Positions 25,655 through 33,720 of a stretch of DNA of 35,500 nt are shown here, piece after piece. The notes beneath the pieces were generated by a model, which was given only the letters and a program-made list of their open reading frames with translations, ran no database searches and was not told where the DNA came from. How positions within the stretch are numbered: the first letter of the stretch is position 1; each line of letters begins with the position of its first letter. The translations under genes and the position numbers were made by a program. The DNA is from Chloroflexota bacterium (GTDB lineage Bacteria > Bacteroidota > Bacteroidia > Bacteroidales > VadinHA17), in contig JBLNAO010000102.1 of assembly GCA_050259395.1 (NCBI GenBank), forward strand, positions 1 to 35,500. The letters run 5' to 3'.

Positions 25655-27154
25655 TCAATAAAGATATGTATGGCATTCTGCACAGTTTCCTTCATACCAT
25701 GCTGTGCCGATATCTACAGGGTGCCGGAATCCAAGACTTTTTTTGATGTCAGAGTATTCCATTTGTCCGGGGTTTCCCTGACCAACAATTGTGTGACACA
25801 GATCACAGTTCTTGGATATTGTTCTTCCATCATCAGATTTGAATGAATCGTTATGACATCTGAAGCAGCCATTGCTTTCCAGATGGCCGATATGTTCAGG
25901 GTACACGTCATAAGCAACCTTCATGAGAGGGAAGTTGTTACGGTTGAATGCTGTTTGAACCGCCGTAATCGAGTTGTTGATCACATCCGTATTCTTCTGA
26001 TATATTTCAGGATAATTCGTTTGATAAAAGCCGGTTATGCCTGCTTTGATTCTCATCATTGCGGTATCCTTATCAGTGAATGTTTCCCTGAGGACTTCCA
26101 TCGAAGCCTTTTTGATGAAGGGAATTTCTTTCCTTGCTTCCCCTGTAAGCATCACCTTGTCGAAATAGACACTTGGCGATTCATAATTATGCGAAGGCCG
26201 GTTATGGCAGTCTATGCAATCCATCGTTCTCATCTCCGATGCGGCCATCACACTGTCTGAAACCGGGATGTTGTCATCCTTGTAGATCACCGTTTTACCT
26301 GTAGATGCATCGGTGTACCTGACGTAATTGATTACCTCTCTTTTGTCGTTTTCAGACTGGTATTCTATTTTCACAGATGGATTGATATGCCAGTGAATTC
26401 CTTCAACATGCCCCAGACCGCTGTATTCGGGCCCTGTCTTCATTTGCAGTACAACATCCCATTCGGTGTTGAGCGAATCGGCAAGGAAATACTTGTGTGT
26501 CCAGAGTGAACGGGCATAAAATTTCTCCGGCCAGTGGCATTTTTCGCATGTCTCCCTCGCAGGACGCAGATCATGTAAAGGCGTTGCTATAGGCCTGCTG
26601 TAATCATTTGTAAGCACAGCATATATCTGGTGCAATCCCGACAATTTGGATTTTACATACCAGGAAGCTCCGGCCCCTACATGGCATTCGACACAAAGCA
26701 CATTGGCATGGGGTGAATTCTGGTAAGCCGTGTGCTCAGGTTCCATCACCTTGTGGCAGAGAAGCCCGCAGAATTCGACCGATTCTGTAATATGGTAAGC
26801 CTTGAAGCTGCCCATTGTGGACAATACAAGCACTAATACTGTCACAATTGTGAAAATAAGGAAGGCATTCCTGTGATCGGGAAGGTTAAGGTCAATCCAT
26901 GGCAACTTCTTCTCACCGGTGAGGCCTTTTTTTCTCCTGTTTCTTCTCTCTCTTATCATGCCTATGGGTATAAGCAGGAGTCCGAGCATCATGAATCCCG
27001 GAAGAACTATATATATGAAAAGGCCCAGGTTGGACTGATCATTGGCCATTATTTTTGAGAACCAGAAGAGCACAATGATCAGGATAAGGTTAATTGCAGC
27101 TGTGATGGCTCCGATTATTGTAAGCCAGTTCTTGGAAGATTGAGGCAGGTGCAT
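25655..27154 (-). CDS. membrane-anchored NapC/NirT-like multiheme c-type cytochrome (7 heme motifs, ImcH-like architecture)
   Basis: The ATG at 27154 is preferred, because the ORF-track start at 27196 is a TTG. There are three predicted TM segments: WLTIIGAITAAINLILIIVLFWF, LGLFIYIVLPGFMMLGLLLIPIG and AFLIFTIVTVLVLVLSTMG. The NapC-like module is ESVEFCGLLCHKVMEPEHTAYQNSPHANVLCVECH. Using ORF-track numbering, CXXCH motifs are at C168, C217, C327, C444, C464 and C505, and a CX3CH motif is at C143. Confidence 0.85.
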   Translation of the reverse strand: MHLPQSSKNWLTIIGAITAAINLILIIVLFWFSKIMANDQSNLGLFIYIVLPGFMMLGLLLIPIGMIRERRNRRKKGLTGEKKLPWIDLNLPDHRNAFLIFTIVTVLVLVLSTMGSFKAYHITESVEFCGLLCHKVMEPEHTAYQNSPHANVLCVECHVGAGASWYVKSKLSGLHQIYAVLTNDYSRPIATPLHDLRPARETCEKCHWPEKFYARSLWTHKYFLADSLNTEWDVVLQMKTGPEYSGLGHVEGIHWHINPSVKIEYQSENDKREVINYVRYTDASTGKTVIYKDDNIPVSDSVMAASEMRTMDCIDCHNRPSHNYESPSVYFDKVMLTGEARKEIPFIKKASMEVLRETFTDKDTAMMRIKAGITGFYQTNYPEIYQKNTDVINNSITAVQTAFNRNNFPLMKVAYDVYPEHIGHLESNGCFRCHNDSFKSDDGRTISKNCDLCHTIVGQGNPGQMEYSDIKKSLGFRHPVDIGTAWYEGNCAECHTYLY

Positions 27155-27211
27155 ATTGCTGAAGTTTAGGATTATATAAATATACTGAAAAATCAATAAA
27201 TAACCTGAATG

Positions 27212-27223
27212 TGATAATTATCA
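27212..27223. promoter_or_regulatory. 12-bp perfect palindrome TGATAATTATCA (Fur-box-like half sites) upstream of the cytochrome gene
   Basis: The palindrome lies between the thrH stop (27244) and the cytochrome start, 58 nt upstream of the ATG at 27154. GATAAT/ATTATC hexamers are the building blocks of classical Fur boxes. Confidence 0.3.
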
Positions 27224-27243
27224 GCCTCAAACCTTTCTGCGTT

Positions 27244-27837
27244 TCAGCAGTTGAAGAAATCCTTCAATTCATGGTATGTTCTTGCCACTTTGAGGTCACT
27301 GTTCTCCTTCATCACATTTTCAGGAGGACTAAAGAGGATTCCTGTATCAGATTGACGAAGCATTGAGATGTCGTTGTAAGAATCGCCAATGCCTATCACT
27401 TTGTAATTCAGGCTTTGAAGAGCTTCTGCAACCCTTCTTTTTCCGTCAGGCTGTCTTAATTTGTAATCTGTGATCATACCGTTACTGTCTGTGACCAGGC
27501 TGTTGCAGAAGATCGTTGGATAATCGAGCTGTCTCATCAGCGGACCTGCAAATTCGGTGAATGTGTCGGATACAATTACAACCTGTATACGGTTCCGGAG
27601 CCAGTTAAGCATGTCCCTTGCTCCAGGCATTGGTTTCAGTGTTGAGATTACATACTGGATATCCTGGAGAGTAATGTTATTCTCCTTAAGGATTTCGAGT
27701 CTCCTTTTCATGAGGAGATTATAATCGCTGATGTCGCGGGTGGTAAGCTTCAGCTCGTCAATACCTGTTTTTTTGGATACGTTTATCCAGATTTCTGGTG
27801 CGAAAACGCCTTCTAGATCGGAACAGACTATTTGCAT
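27244..27837 (-). CDS. thrH: phosphoserine phosphatase / homoserine phosphotransferase (ThrH family, HAD superfamily)
   Basis: A 197-aa ORF. It is collinear with the remembered Pseudomonas ThrH sequence: MQIVCSDLEGVFAPEIWINVSKKTGIDELKLTTRDISDYNLLMKRRLEIL here versus [50 protein letters not shown]. The HAD motifs DLEGV, VSDTF and GDSYND are present. Its ATG lies 3 nt after the thrC stop. Confidence 0.85.
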   Translation of the reverse strand: MQIVCSDLEGVFAPEIWINVSKKTGIDELKLTTRDISDYNLLMKRRLEILKENNITLQDIQYVISTLKPMPGARDMLNWLRNRIQVVIVSDTFTEFAGPLMRQLDYPTIFCNSLVTDSNGMITDYKLRQPDGKRRVAEALQSLNYKVIGIGDSYNDISMLRQSDTGILFSPPENVMKENSDLKVARTYHELKDFFNC

Positions 27838-27840
27838 TTT

Positions 27841-29196
27841 TTAACGGTTCTGGAGAATTATTTCTTTTAATTGTGAATATTCCGGATTTATGGTCTGAAA
27901 GAATTCCTTTTTTGAATCAAGCTGTGCTAAAGAATCGGGCAGAACAGGTGCGAAATTGAGTATTTTCACCAGCTCTTCAGGGAATTTGGCCGGGTGTGCT
28001 GTTTCGAGTGAAATATATATATAATTTTCATTCCTCTGATTATCAATATATTCTTCAATTCCTTTCCAGGCAACAGCTCCATGAGGCTCGAGAAGCACAT
28101 TAAGCTCACTAAAGGCATCAGCAATCACACTGAGCGTATCTTCATCAGATACTTTAACGCTGAAAATTTCATCCTTCAACTTTTCAGACGGTTGCCTGAG
28201 GATATTTCCCTTCTCATCCATAATGCCCCCGTATAAAGAGAGAATACGCGGCAAATTACTCGGATGCCCCACATTCATGGCGCTTGAAATGCATTTGACG
28301 GAAGGCACAATTGGAACATAACTGCCGGTTCGAAGGTAAACCGGAAATTCATCATTGGAATTTGTTGAAACAATGAATTTTTCAACCGGTAACCCCATCT
28401 TTTTTGCAAAAAGCCCGGCTGTTACATTTCCGAAGTTTCCTGAAGGCACGCTGAAGATGACCTTATCAGAGCGGGTCGAAGTAACCCTCGACCAAGCGTA
28501 GAAATAATAGACAGACTGTGGCAGAAGGCGCCCGATGTTTATCGAGTTGGCTGATGTAAGAGGAAGGTGGCTCAGCGCCGGATCGAGGAATGCTTTTTTG
28601 ACAAGGCCCTGGCAATCATCAAATTTACCGTTGACTGCAACAGTTGTGATATTGCCGCCCAGTGTTGTCATCTGTTTTCTCTGCATCAAAGATACTTCAT
28701 CCTCCGGAAACAGGACTATTACCCGGATGTTAAGTAAACCGAGAAATGCATTAGCGACCGCGCTTCCCGTATCACCTGAAGTGGCTGTGAGGATTGTGAG
28801 ATTTCTTTTTTCCAGAGCAAGAAAGTGCTGCATGAGCCTGCTCATCATCCTGGCTGCAAAATCCTTGAACGATGCGGTTGGTCCATGGTCGAGACGGAGG
28901 ATGTATTTCTTTTCTGTGACGCTTTCAATAGGAACAGGGAAATTAAAGGCATCCCTGCACAGCTTTTTCAGATCTTCCCTTCGGATGTCACCGGAGGTGT
29001 ATTTATCTATTATTTCAGTGGCAATCTCATGGAAAGCCATGTTTCTGAAACTATCAAGCTCATCCTCAGAAAAAAAAGGAATTTTATCGGGCATGAACAA
29101 CCCTCCATCAGGAGCAAGTCCCTTAAGCAGCGCATCCCTGAAGCTTACTCCTGAAATCTTTCCGTTTGTGGATTGATATGTAATTTTCCTCTTCAC
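27841..29196 (-). CDS. thrC: threonine synthase
   Basis: A 451-aa ORF with a GTG start at 29196, 7 nt after the thrA stop. The N-terminus YQSTNGKISGVSFRDALLKGLAPDGGLFMP and the PLP-lysine region GPTASFKDFAARMM are typical of long-form ThrC. Confidence 0.9.
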   Translation of the reverse strand: MKRKITYQSTNGKISGVSFRDALLKGLAPDGGLFMPDKIPFFSEDELDSFRNMAFHEIATEIIDKYTSGDIRREDLKKLCRDAFNFPVPIESVTEKKYILRLDHGPTASFKDFAARMMSRLMQHFLALEKRNLTILTATSGDTGSAVANAFLGLLNIRVIVLFPEDEVSLMQRKQMTTLGGNITTVAVNGKFDDCQGLVKKAFLDPALSHLPLTSANSINIGRLLPQSVYYFYAWSRVTSTRSDKVIFSVPSGNFGNVTAGLFAKKMGLPVEKFIVSTNSNDEFPVYLRTGSYVPIVPSVKCISSAMNVGHPSNLPRILSLYGGIMDEKGNILRQPSEKLKDEIFSVKVSDEDTLSVIADAFSELNVLLEPHGAVAWKGIEEYIDNQRNENYIYISLETAHPAKFPEELVKILNFAPVLPDSLAQLDSKKEFFQTINPEYSQLKEIILQNR

Positions 29197-29203
29197 TGTT
29201 CAA

Positions 29204-31633
29204 CTATACATTTATTACTCTCATGAGGTCTGCAAAAATTCCACCTGCAGTTACATCGGCACCGGCGCCGTAACCTTTTATTACAAGCGGAAGCTCTTTG
29301 TACCTGTTGGTGGTGATCAGCACAATGTTGTTGCTGCCGTCGAGATTCCAGGATGGATGTTCAGGTCCAACCGGGGTAAGGGCAACCGAAGCTTTTCCTT
29401 TGTCGAGTATTGCAAAAAACCTCCATTTCCTGTTTTGCAGCTCCAGTTTTTTCCTTTCAGTTTCAAAATGTTCATCAAGCTCTTTTACCTTATCAAAGAA
29501 GGAGGTAAGATCACCTTTAAAGCATTCGTCAGGCAGTATTTTTTCAACTTCGACATCTTCCTTTTCAAGCTGATAACCTGCTTCCCGCGCGAGTATCAGG
29601 ATTTTCCTTACCACATCGGTACCGCTAAGGTCAATCCTGGGATCGGGTTCTGAATATCCGATCTCCCTGGCTTTCCTTATTGCAGAGCTCAGTGGCATGT
29701 CGGGGCCCAATTCATTGCAAATGAAGTTCATGGTTCCGGAAAGTACCGCCTCTATCCTTAGAACTTTATCGCCGCTCAGCACAAGGTCGCTTATCGTTCT
29801 TATAACCGGCAATCCGGCTCCAACAGTCGTCTCGTACATGAACTTGACTCCTTTCTCTGAAGCAATGCTTCTGAGCCGCCTGTAGTATGGTAAGCCTGAT
29901 GAACATGCAATTTTATTGGCCGTCACAACCGATACGTAACTTGAAAGAATTTCAGGATACTCCATGGCTACCTTTTGTTCCGCCGTGCAATCGACAAAGA
30001 CGGAGTTTCTGAGATTCAGCGCTGTCATTCTGCTGATGAATGATGAAAGATTGGCTTTTTCGCCTTCGGAAGAAAGCACTTCCCTGTAATCTTCAAAAGA
30101 TATGCCTTTAGGCTCGATATGCATCCTGCGGCTGTTCGTAATGCCTATAAGATTGATTCTTACGTTATGTTCAGAAAGAAGGACTGACTGCTGCTGCTTT
30201 ATCTGTTTCAGGAAGCTTGATCCCACCAGGCCTGTCCCTGCAACAAAAAGATGCATTTCCTTGAATCTCGACAGGAAGAAACCATCGTGAATGACGTTAA
30301 GAGCTTTCCTGAGGTCCTCGTGCCTGATGACAACTGAAATATTGAGCTCAGATGAACCCTGTGCGGTTGCGATCACGTTTATGCCGTTCCGGCCGAGCGC
30401 TTTGAAAAGAGTCGCCGATATGCCTGGCGTGTTCTTCATCTTTTCACCGACTATTGCAATAATAGACAGGTTTTTCTCCACAAGAATCTTTAGCTCTTTG
30501 TTGAATTCTATTTCATTCCTGAATTCAGCATGTATCTCATCTGCGGCGATCGATGAATCGATCGGTCTGACAGCAAACGATATGGAGTATTCGGATGAAG
30601 CCTGGGTAATAAGGATTATGTTAACGTTTTTTCGGGCCAGTGCGCCGAAAAGACGCATCGAGGTTCCCGTTACCCCCACCATTCCTGTACCTTGTATAGT
30701 TATAAGGTCTATCCTGTTGATTGACGAGATTCCCTTGATCGGGCTCCTTACCTCGCCTGACTGTTTGCTGCTGATAACAGTCCCGGGTGCTGAAGGGTTG
30801 AAGGAATTGAGTACTTTTATTGGTATATTTTTCTTATAAACCGGCCGCAGAGTAGGAGTGTAGATCACCCTGGCGCCAAAATGCGAAAGCTCAATTGCCT
30901 CAGAGTAGGTGAGACTTTCAATCGCATAAGCTTTCTCAACATTTTTCGGATCTGCCGTCATGAAACCGTCTACATCAGTCCAGATTTCGAGAACATCTGC
31001 CTCGAGCGCGGCCGCAATGATGGCTGCACTGTAATCAGATCCGCCTCTGCCCAATGTTGTTGTGATGCCTTCATTGTTGCAGGCAATAAAGCCGGGGATG
31101 ATCGTTACATTGGAACTCTTGTCAACGTTCTTTCGGATAAGCTCATCAGTCAGGCTGAAATCTACATTTGCGGAGCCGAAATTGCTGTCTGTCTTTATAA
31201 TCTGTCGCGCGTCCAGATAACTGCTCCCGTCAATAATGTTGCTGATTATCAGGGACGAAAAAAGTTCGCCCGAGCTCAGGACCTGATCAAGTGAATGCCT
31301 GCTCAGTTCGCGTAAAAGGTATATTCCGTCGAGTGTTTCCTTAAGTGCAGAGGCGATCAACCCTATTTCTTTTATTACTCTTTCAAGGTTCCTGCCGGCA
31401 ATGAGTTTTTTTGCAAAATCCTGGTGCTTTGAGATCATTTTTTCGACCTCTGCATGATATTCCTTATTGCGAACAGCCGCCTTTTCGCTGATTCTCTTCA
31501 GTTCATCAGTCACGCCGCTGAAGGCTGAGACAACAACAACACATGGTTCAGTTACAGAATAAATGATCTTTGCAACTCCCAAGATCCGTTCAGGAGTCCC
31601 AACTGACGTGCCGCCGAATTTCAGGACTTTCAT
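29204..31633 (-). CDS. thrA: bifunctional aspartokinase / homoserine dehydrogenase
   Basis: An 809-aa ORF. The aspartokinase N-terminus is MKVLKFGGTSVG, with ...TTLGRGGSDYSAA further on. ACT-like repeats lie in the middle. The homoserine dehydrogenase C-half contains VAGTGLVGSSF...TANK...GAGLPVI.... Confidence 0.92.
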   Translation of the reverse strand: MKVLKFGGTSVGTPERILGVAKIIYSVTEPCVVVVSAFSGVTDELKRISEKAAVRNKEYHAEVEKMISKHQDFAKKLIAGRNLERVIKEIGLIASALKETLDGIYLLRELSRHSLDQVLSSGELFSSLIISNIIDGSSYLDARQIIKTDSNFGSANVDFSLTDELIRKNVDKSSNVTIIPGFIACNNEGITTTLGRGGSDYSAAIIAAALEADVLEIWTDVDGFMTADPKNVEKAYAIESLTYSEAIELSHFGARVIYTPTLRPVYKKNIPIKVLNSFNPSAPGTVISSKQSGEVRSPIKGISSINRIDLITIQGTGMVGVTGTSMRLFGALARKNVNIILITQASSEYSISFAVRPIDSSIAADEIHAEFRNEIEFNKELKILVEKNLSIIAIVGEKMKNTPGISATLFKALGRNGINVIATAQGSSELNISVVIRHEDLRKALNVIHDGFFLSRFKEMHLFVAGTGLVGSSFLKQIKQQQSVLLSEHNVRINLIGITNSRRMHIEPKGISFEDYREVLSSEGEKANLSSFISRMTALNLRNSVFVDCTAEQKVAMEYPEILSSYVSVVTANKIACSSGLPYYRRLRSIASEKGVKFMYETTVGAGLPVIRTISDLVLSGDKVLRIEAVLSGTMNFICNELGPDMPLSSAIRKAREIGYSEPDPRIDLSGTDVVRKILILAREAGYQLEKEDVEVEKILPDECFKGDLTSFFDKVKELDEHFETERKKLELQNRKWRFFAILDKGKASVALTPVGPEHPSWNLDGSNNIVLITTNRYKELPLVIKGYGAGADVTAGGIFADLMRVINV

Positions 31634-31652
31634 TATTCCGGTTTATTTAAAA

Positions 31653-31682
31653 AAGAAATGCATCTTCAGCGATGCATTTCTT
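31653..31682 (-). terminator. hairpin plus T-run 20 nt upstream of the thrA ATG (terminator of the POT gene and/or thr leader structure)
   Basis: The minus strand reads AAGAAATGCATC-gctgaa-GATGCATTTCTT, a 12-bp stem. It is followed by TTTTAAATAAACCGGAATA and then the ATG. Confidence 0.5.
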
Positions 31683-31686
31683 CAGG

Positions 31687-31694
31687 CAAAAATA
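31687..31694 (-). promoter_or_regulatory. TAnnTTTG -7 box candidate immediately upstream of the thrA leader hairpin
   Basis: The minus strand reads TATTTTTG at 31694-31687. Its G lies 5 nt before the hairpin begins. Confidence 0.25.
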
Positions 31695-31797
31695 ATAAAA
31701 TAAGGTTAAAATGACCCTTGAATGAATTTTATTAATCTGATTTTATTGTTTTACAGATAAAATGCAGCAATTGTATGGTAATGGTATAAATTTAACA

Positions 31798-33600
31798 TCA
31801 GCTCTGAGACGCTTTTTCAAGCCTCCTCAGGATTGAAAATATGAAAGCCGCTGACACGAAGCAGCATACGATAAAAACAAGCCAGAGTGTGGTAAGGTTC
31901 ACCTTGTCCCAGAGAATGCTTCCGATGAACAGGAGCTTATTTCCTACAGCCGTGGCAAGGAGCCATCCGCCCTGCATAAGTCCCTGGAACCTCGATGGAG
32001 CAACCTTCGACACGAATGAGAGTCCCATAGGGCTGAGGAACAGTTCAGCTACAGTAAGTACAAGGTAACTGCTCATCAGCCAGTATGGAGTGACCCTGCT
32101 GGCATCAGCTACGGGAGCGCCGTTGAGAGAGGCAGGCGATGGAGCACCGATAGATGCGATGAGAATAATTATGAATCCCAGTGCTGCTATGATCATCCCT
32201 ATGCCGATCTTCTTCGGCGTTGAGGGTTCTATGCCCTTTTTGTTAAGCCAGGCAAATACTCCCATGACGGGGAATGTAAGAGCAACGATGAACAATGGGT
32301 TAAAGGACTGGAAGATTTCAGGAGATATCGAACTCATTGGCCTTTCAAAGCCGTTATATAAATAGATTGCCAGCGCAAGACCGGCTGCAAAGAGAATTCC
32401 GCCCCATATCTTCATTTTTGTCGCAATGTCCCTGGAGAGAAGGATCACCATTCCTGCAACGGCGCCGATAACTGCAAGCATTGAAGGTAAGGTGAAAAAC
32501 AATTTCGTGAAAGGTCCGACCTGTTTTACAGTATAATCTCTTGCAAACAGTGTGAGTGTAAGACCATTCTGATGGAATGACATCCAGAAGAAGATCACAA
32601 CGAAAAATACCAGGACAAGGGCGGTTATTCTCGCTCTTTCTTCTTTCCTCGATGTCAGAATGATCCATGTGACAAAACCCGCAAACAATCCGAAAGCAAA
32701 ACCAGATGTCCATCCGACATTTTGTATAAAATGAAGCGCAAAAGCGGTAAGACCCATTGCTATCAGGGCGAAAACAAGAGGAAGAGGTTTGAAATCCACT
32801 TTTTCGGCAGCATCGGCTGCGATCCCGGTCTTCTTTTCCTTATTGGGAAGAAGCTTATTGAAGAATATGTAAACGAGAAGCGAAATAACCATTGCGCCTG
32901 CTGCGATCCCGAAGGCATAATTGTAACCCCTGGTGAAGACATCGAGGTACTGGTGAGCGAAAGCAGAAAGGTCGGTAACCGGTCCGCCCAGATTAACTTT
33001 ATTGGCAAGTCCCTGGAAAACAGTCGGATCAGTGAGAGTGCCATTAATGTACTGATGGCAGAGTGAAGGAAGGCTGGCATCGTGTGCAAAACCGTTTGTT
33101 CTGAGCCACCAGTTTCGTATTCCTTCAGCTGCAAAGGGAGCAAAGAAAGCTCCGACGTTGATTCCCATATAGAAGATCATGAATGCTGAGTCGCGAAGCC
33201 TGGAATATTTCGGATCGTCGTACATCTGCCCGACAACTGCCTGGAGATTCCCTTTGAAAAGACCATTCCCGAGAGCGATTGTCATGAGACCTGCTATTGT
33301 GACTGTAAGCGACAGACCAGGCACCGCCATGATGACATAGCCTGCAAACATTATCACGATTCCTGCAAGTATAACAAGCTTATATTTCTTTGTAGAGTCT
33401 GCCAGTATGCCACCAAGGAGGGCAAGTGCATAAATGCTGAAGTAGAACCAGCTGTAAATATTGCCTGCATCAGCAGCAGTAAGGTTGAATTTGGCCTGAA
33501 GGAAGAGGACCAGGATGGCCATCATCGTGTAAAATCCGAACCTTTCCCCCATGTTCGAGAAAAAGGCAACCAGAAGACCATTGGGATGATTTTTCAGCAT
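31798..33600 (-). CDS. POT/PTR2-family proton-dependent di/tripeptide transporter
   Basis: A 600-aa polytopic membrane protein with the PTR2 signature region FFSNMGERFGFYTMMAILVLFL and FKGNLQAVVGQMY. There are about 14 hydrophobic segments. Confidence 0.85.
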   Translation of the reverse strand: MLKNHPNGLLVAFFSNMGERFGFYTMMAILVLFLQAKFNLTAADAGNIYSWFYFSIYALALLGGILADSTKKYKLVILAGIVIMFAGYVIMAVPGLSLTVTIAGLMTIALGNGLFKGNLQAVVGQMYDDPKYSRLRDSAFMIFYMGINVGAFFAPFAAEGIRNWWLRTNGFAHDASLPSLCHQYINGTLTDPTVFQGLANKVNLGGPVTDLSAFAHQYLDVFTRGYNYAFGIAAGAMVISLLVYIFFNKLLPNKEKKTGIAADAAEKVDFKPLPLVFALIAMGLTAFALHFIQNVGWTSGFAFGLFAGFVTWIILTSRKEERARITALVLVFFVVIFFWMSFHQNGLTLTLFARDYTVKQVGPFTKLFFTLPSMLAVIGAVAGMVILLSRDIATKMKIWGGILFAAGLALAIYLYNGFERPMSSISPEIFQSFNPLFIVALTFPVMGVFAWLNKKGIEPSTPKKIGIGMIIAALGFIIILIASIGAPSPASLNGAPVADASRVTPYWLMSSYLVLTVAELFLSPMGLSFVSKVAPSRFQGLMQGGWLLATAVGNKLLFIGSILWDKVNLTTLWLVFIVCCFVSAAFIFSILRRLEKASQS

Positions 33601-33641
33601 AATTAGCAGTATTAGAGTTATTCGCCTGATTTAATTGATAA

Positions 33642-33649
33642 CAAATATA
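33642..33649 (-). promoter_or_regulatory. TAnnTTTG -7 box candidate for the POT transporter gene
   Basis: The minus strand reads TATATTTG, 42-49 nt upstream of the ATG at 33600. Confidence 0.3.
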
Positions 33650-33694
33650 TCAATCTTCTTCAAAAAATTTCTTCCTTTTGAATTATGAAGAGGT

Positions 33695-33702
33695 TAAATT
33701 TG
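33695..33702 (+). promoter_or_regulatory. TAnnTTTG -7 box candidate for nnr
   Basis: TAAATTTG ends 18 nt upstream of the ATG at 33721. Confidence 0.3.
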
Positions 33703-33720
33703 TAATTCGAAAAAGCGGAC

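Noticed and set aside
27155-27196. The TTG start at 27196 for the cytochrome.
   Set aside because: The first codon is TTG. The downstream ATG at 27154 precedes the first TM helix with a short polar N-terminus. This remains uncertain without ortholog alignment.
31683-31797. A Thr/Ile-rich leader peptide for thr attenuation (the minus strand contains ...ATT TAT ACC ATT ACC ATA... = I-Y-T-I-T-I).
   Set aside because: That frame has no ATG/GTG/TTG start after the TAA. The only ATG-initiated sORF (MLNLYHYHTIAAFYL) overlaps the POT stop and is not Thr/Ile-rich. The T-I-T-I string is therefore probably coincidental.
33634-33654. A 7-bp inverted repeat ATTGATA-n7-TATCAAT in the POT/nnr divergent region.
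   Set aside because: The arms are short and AT-rich, and they overlap the candidate -7 box. The repeat is not distinguishable from chance.
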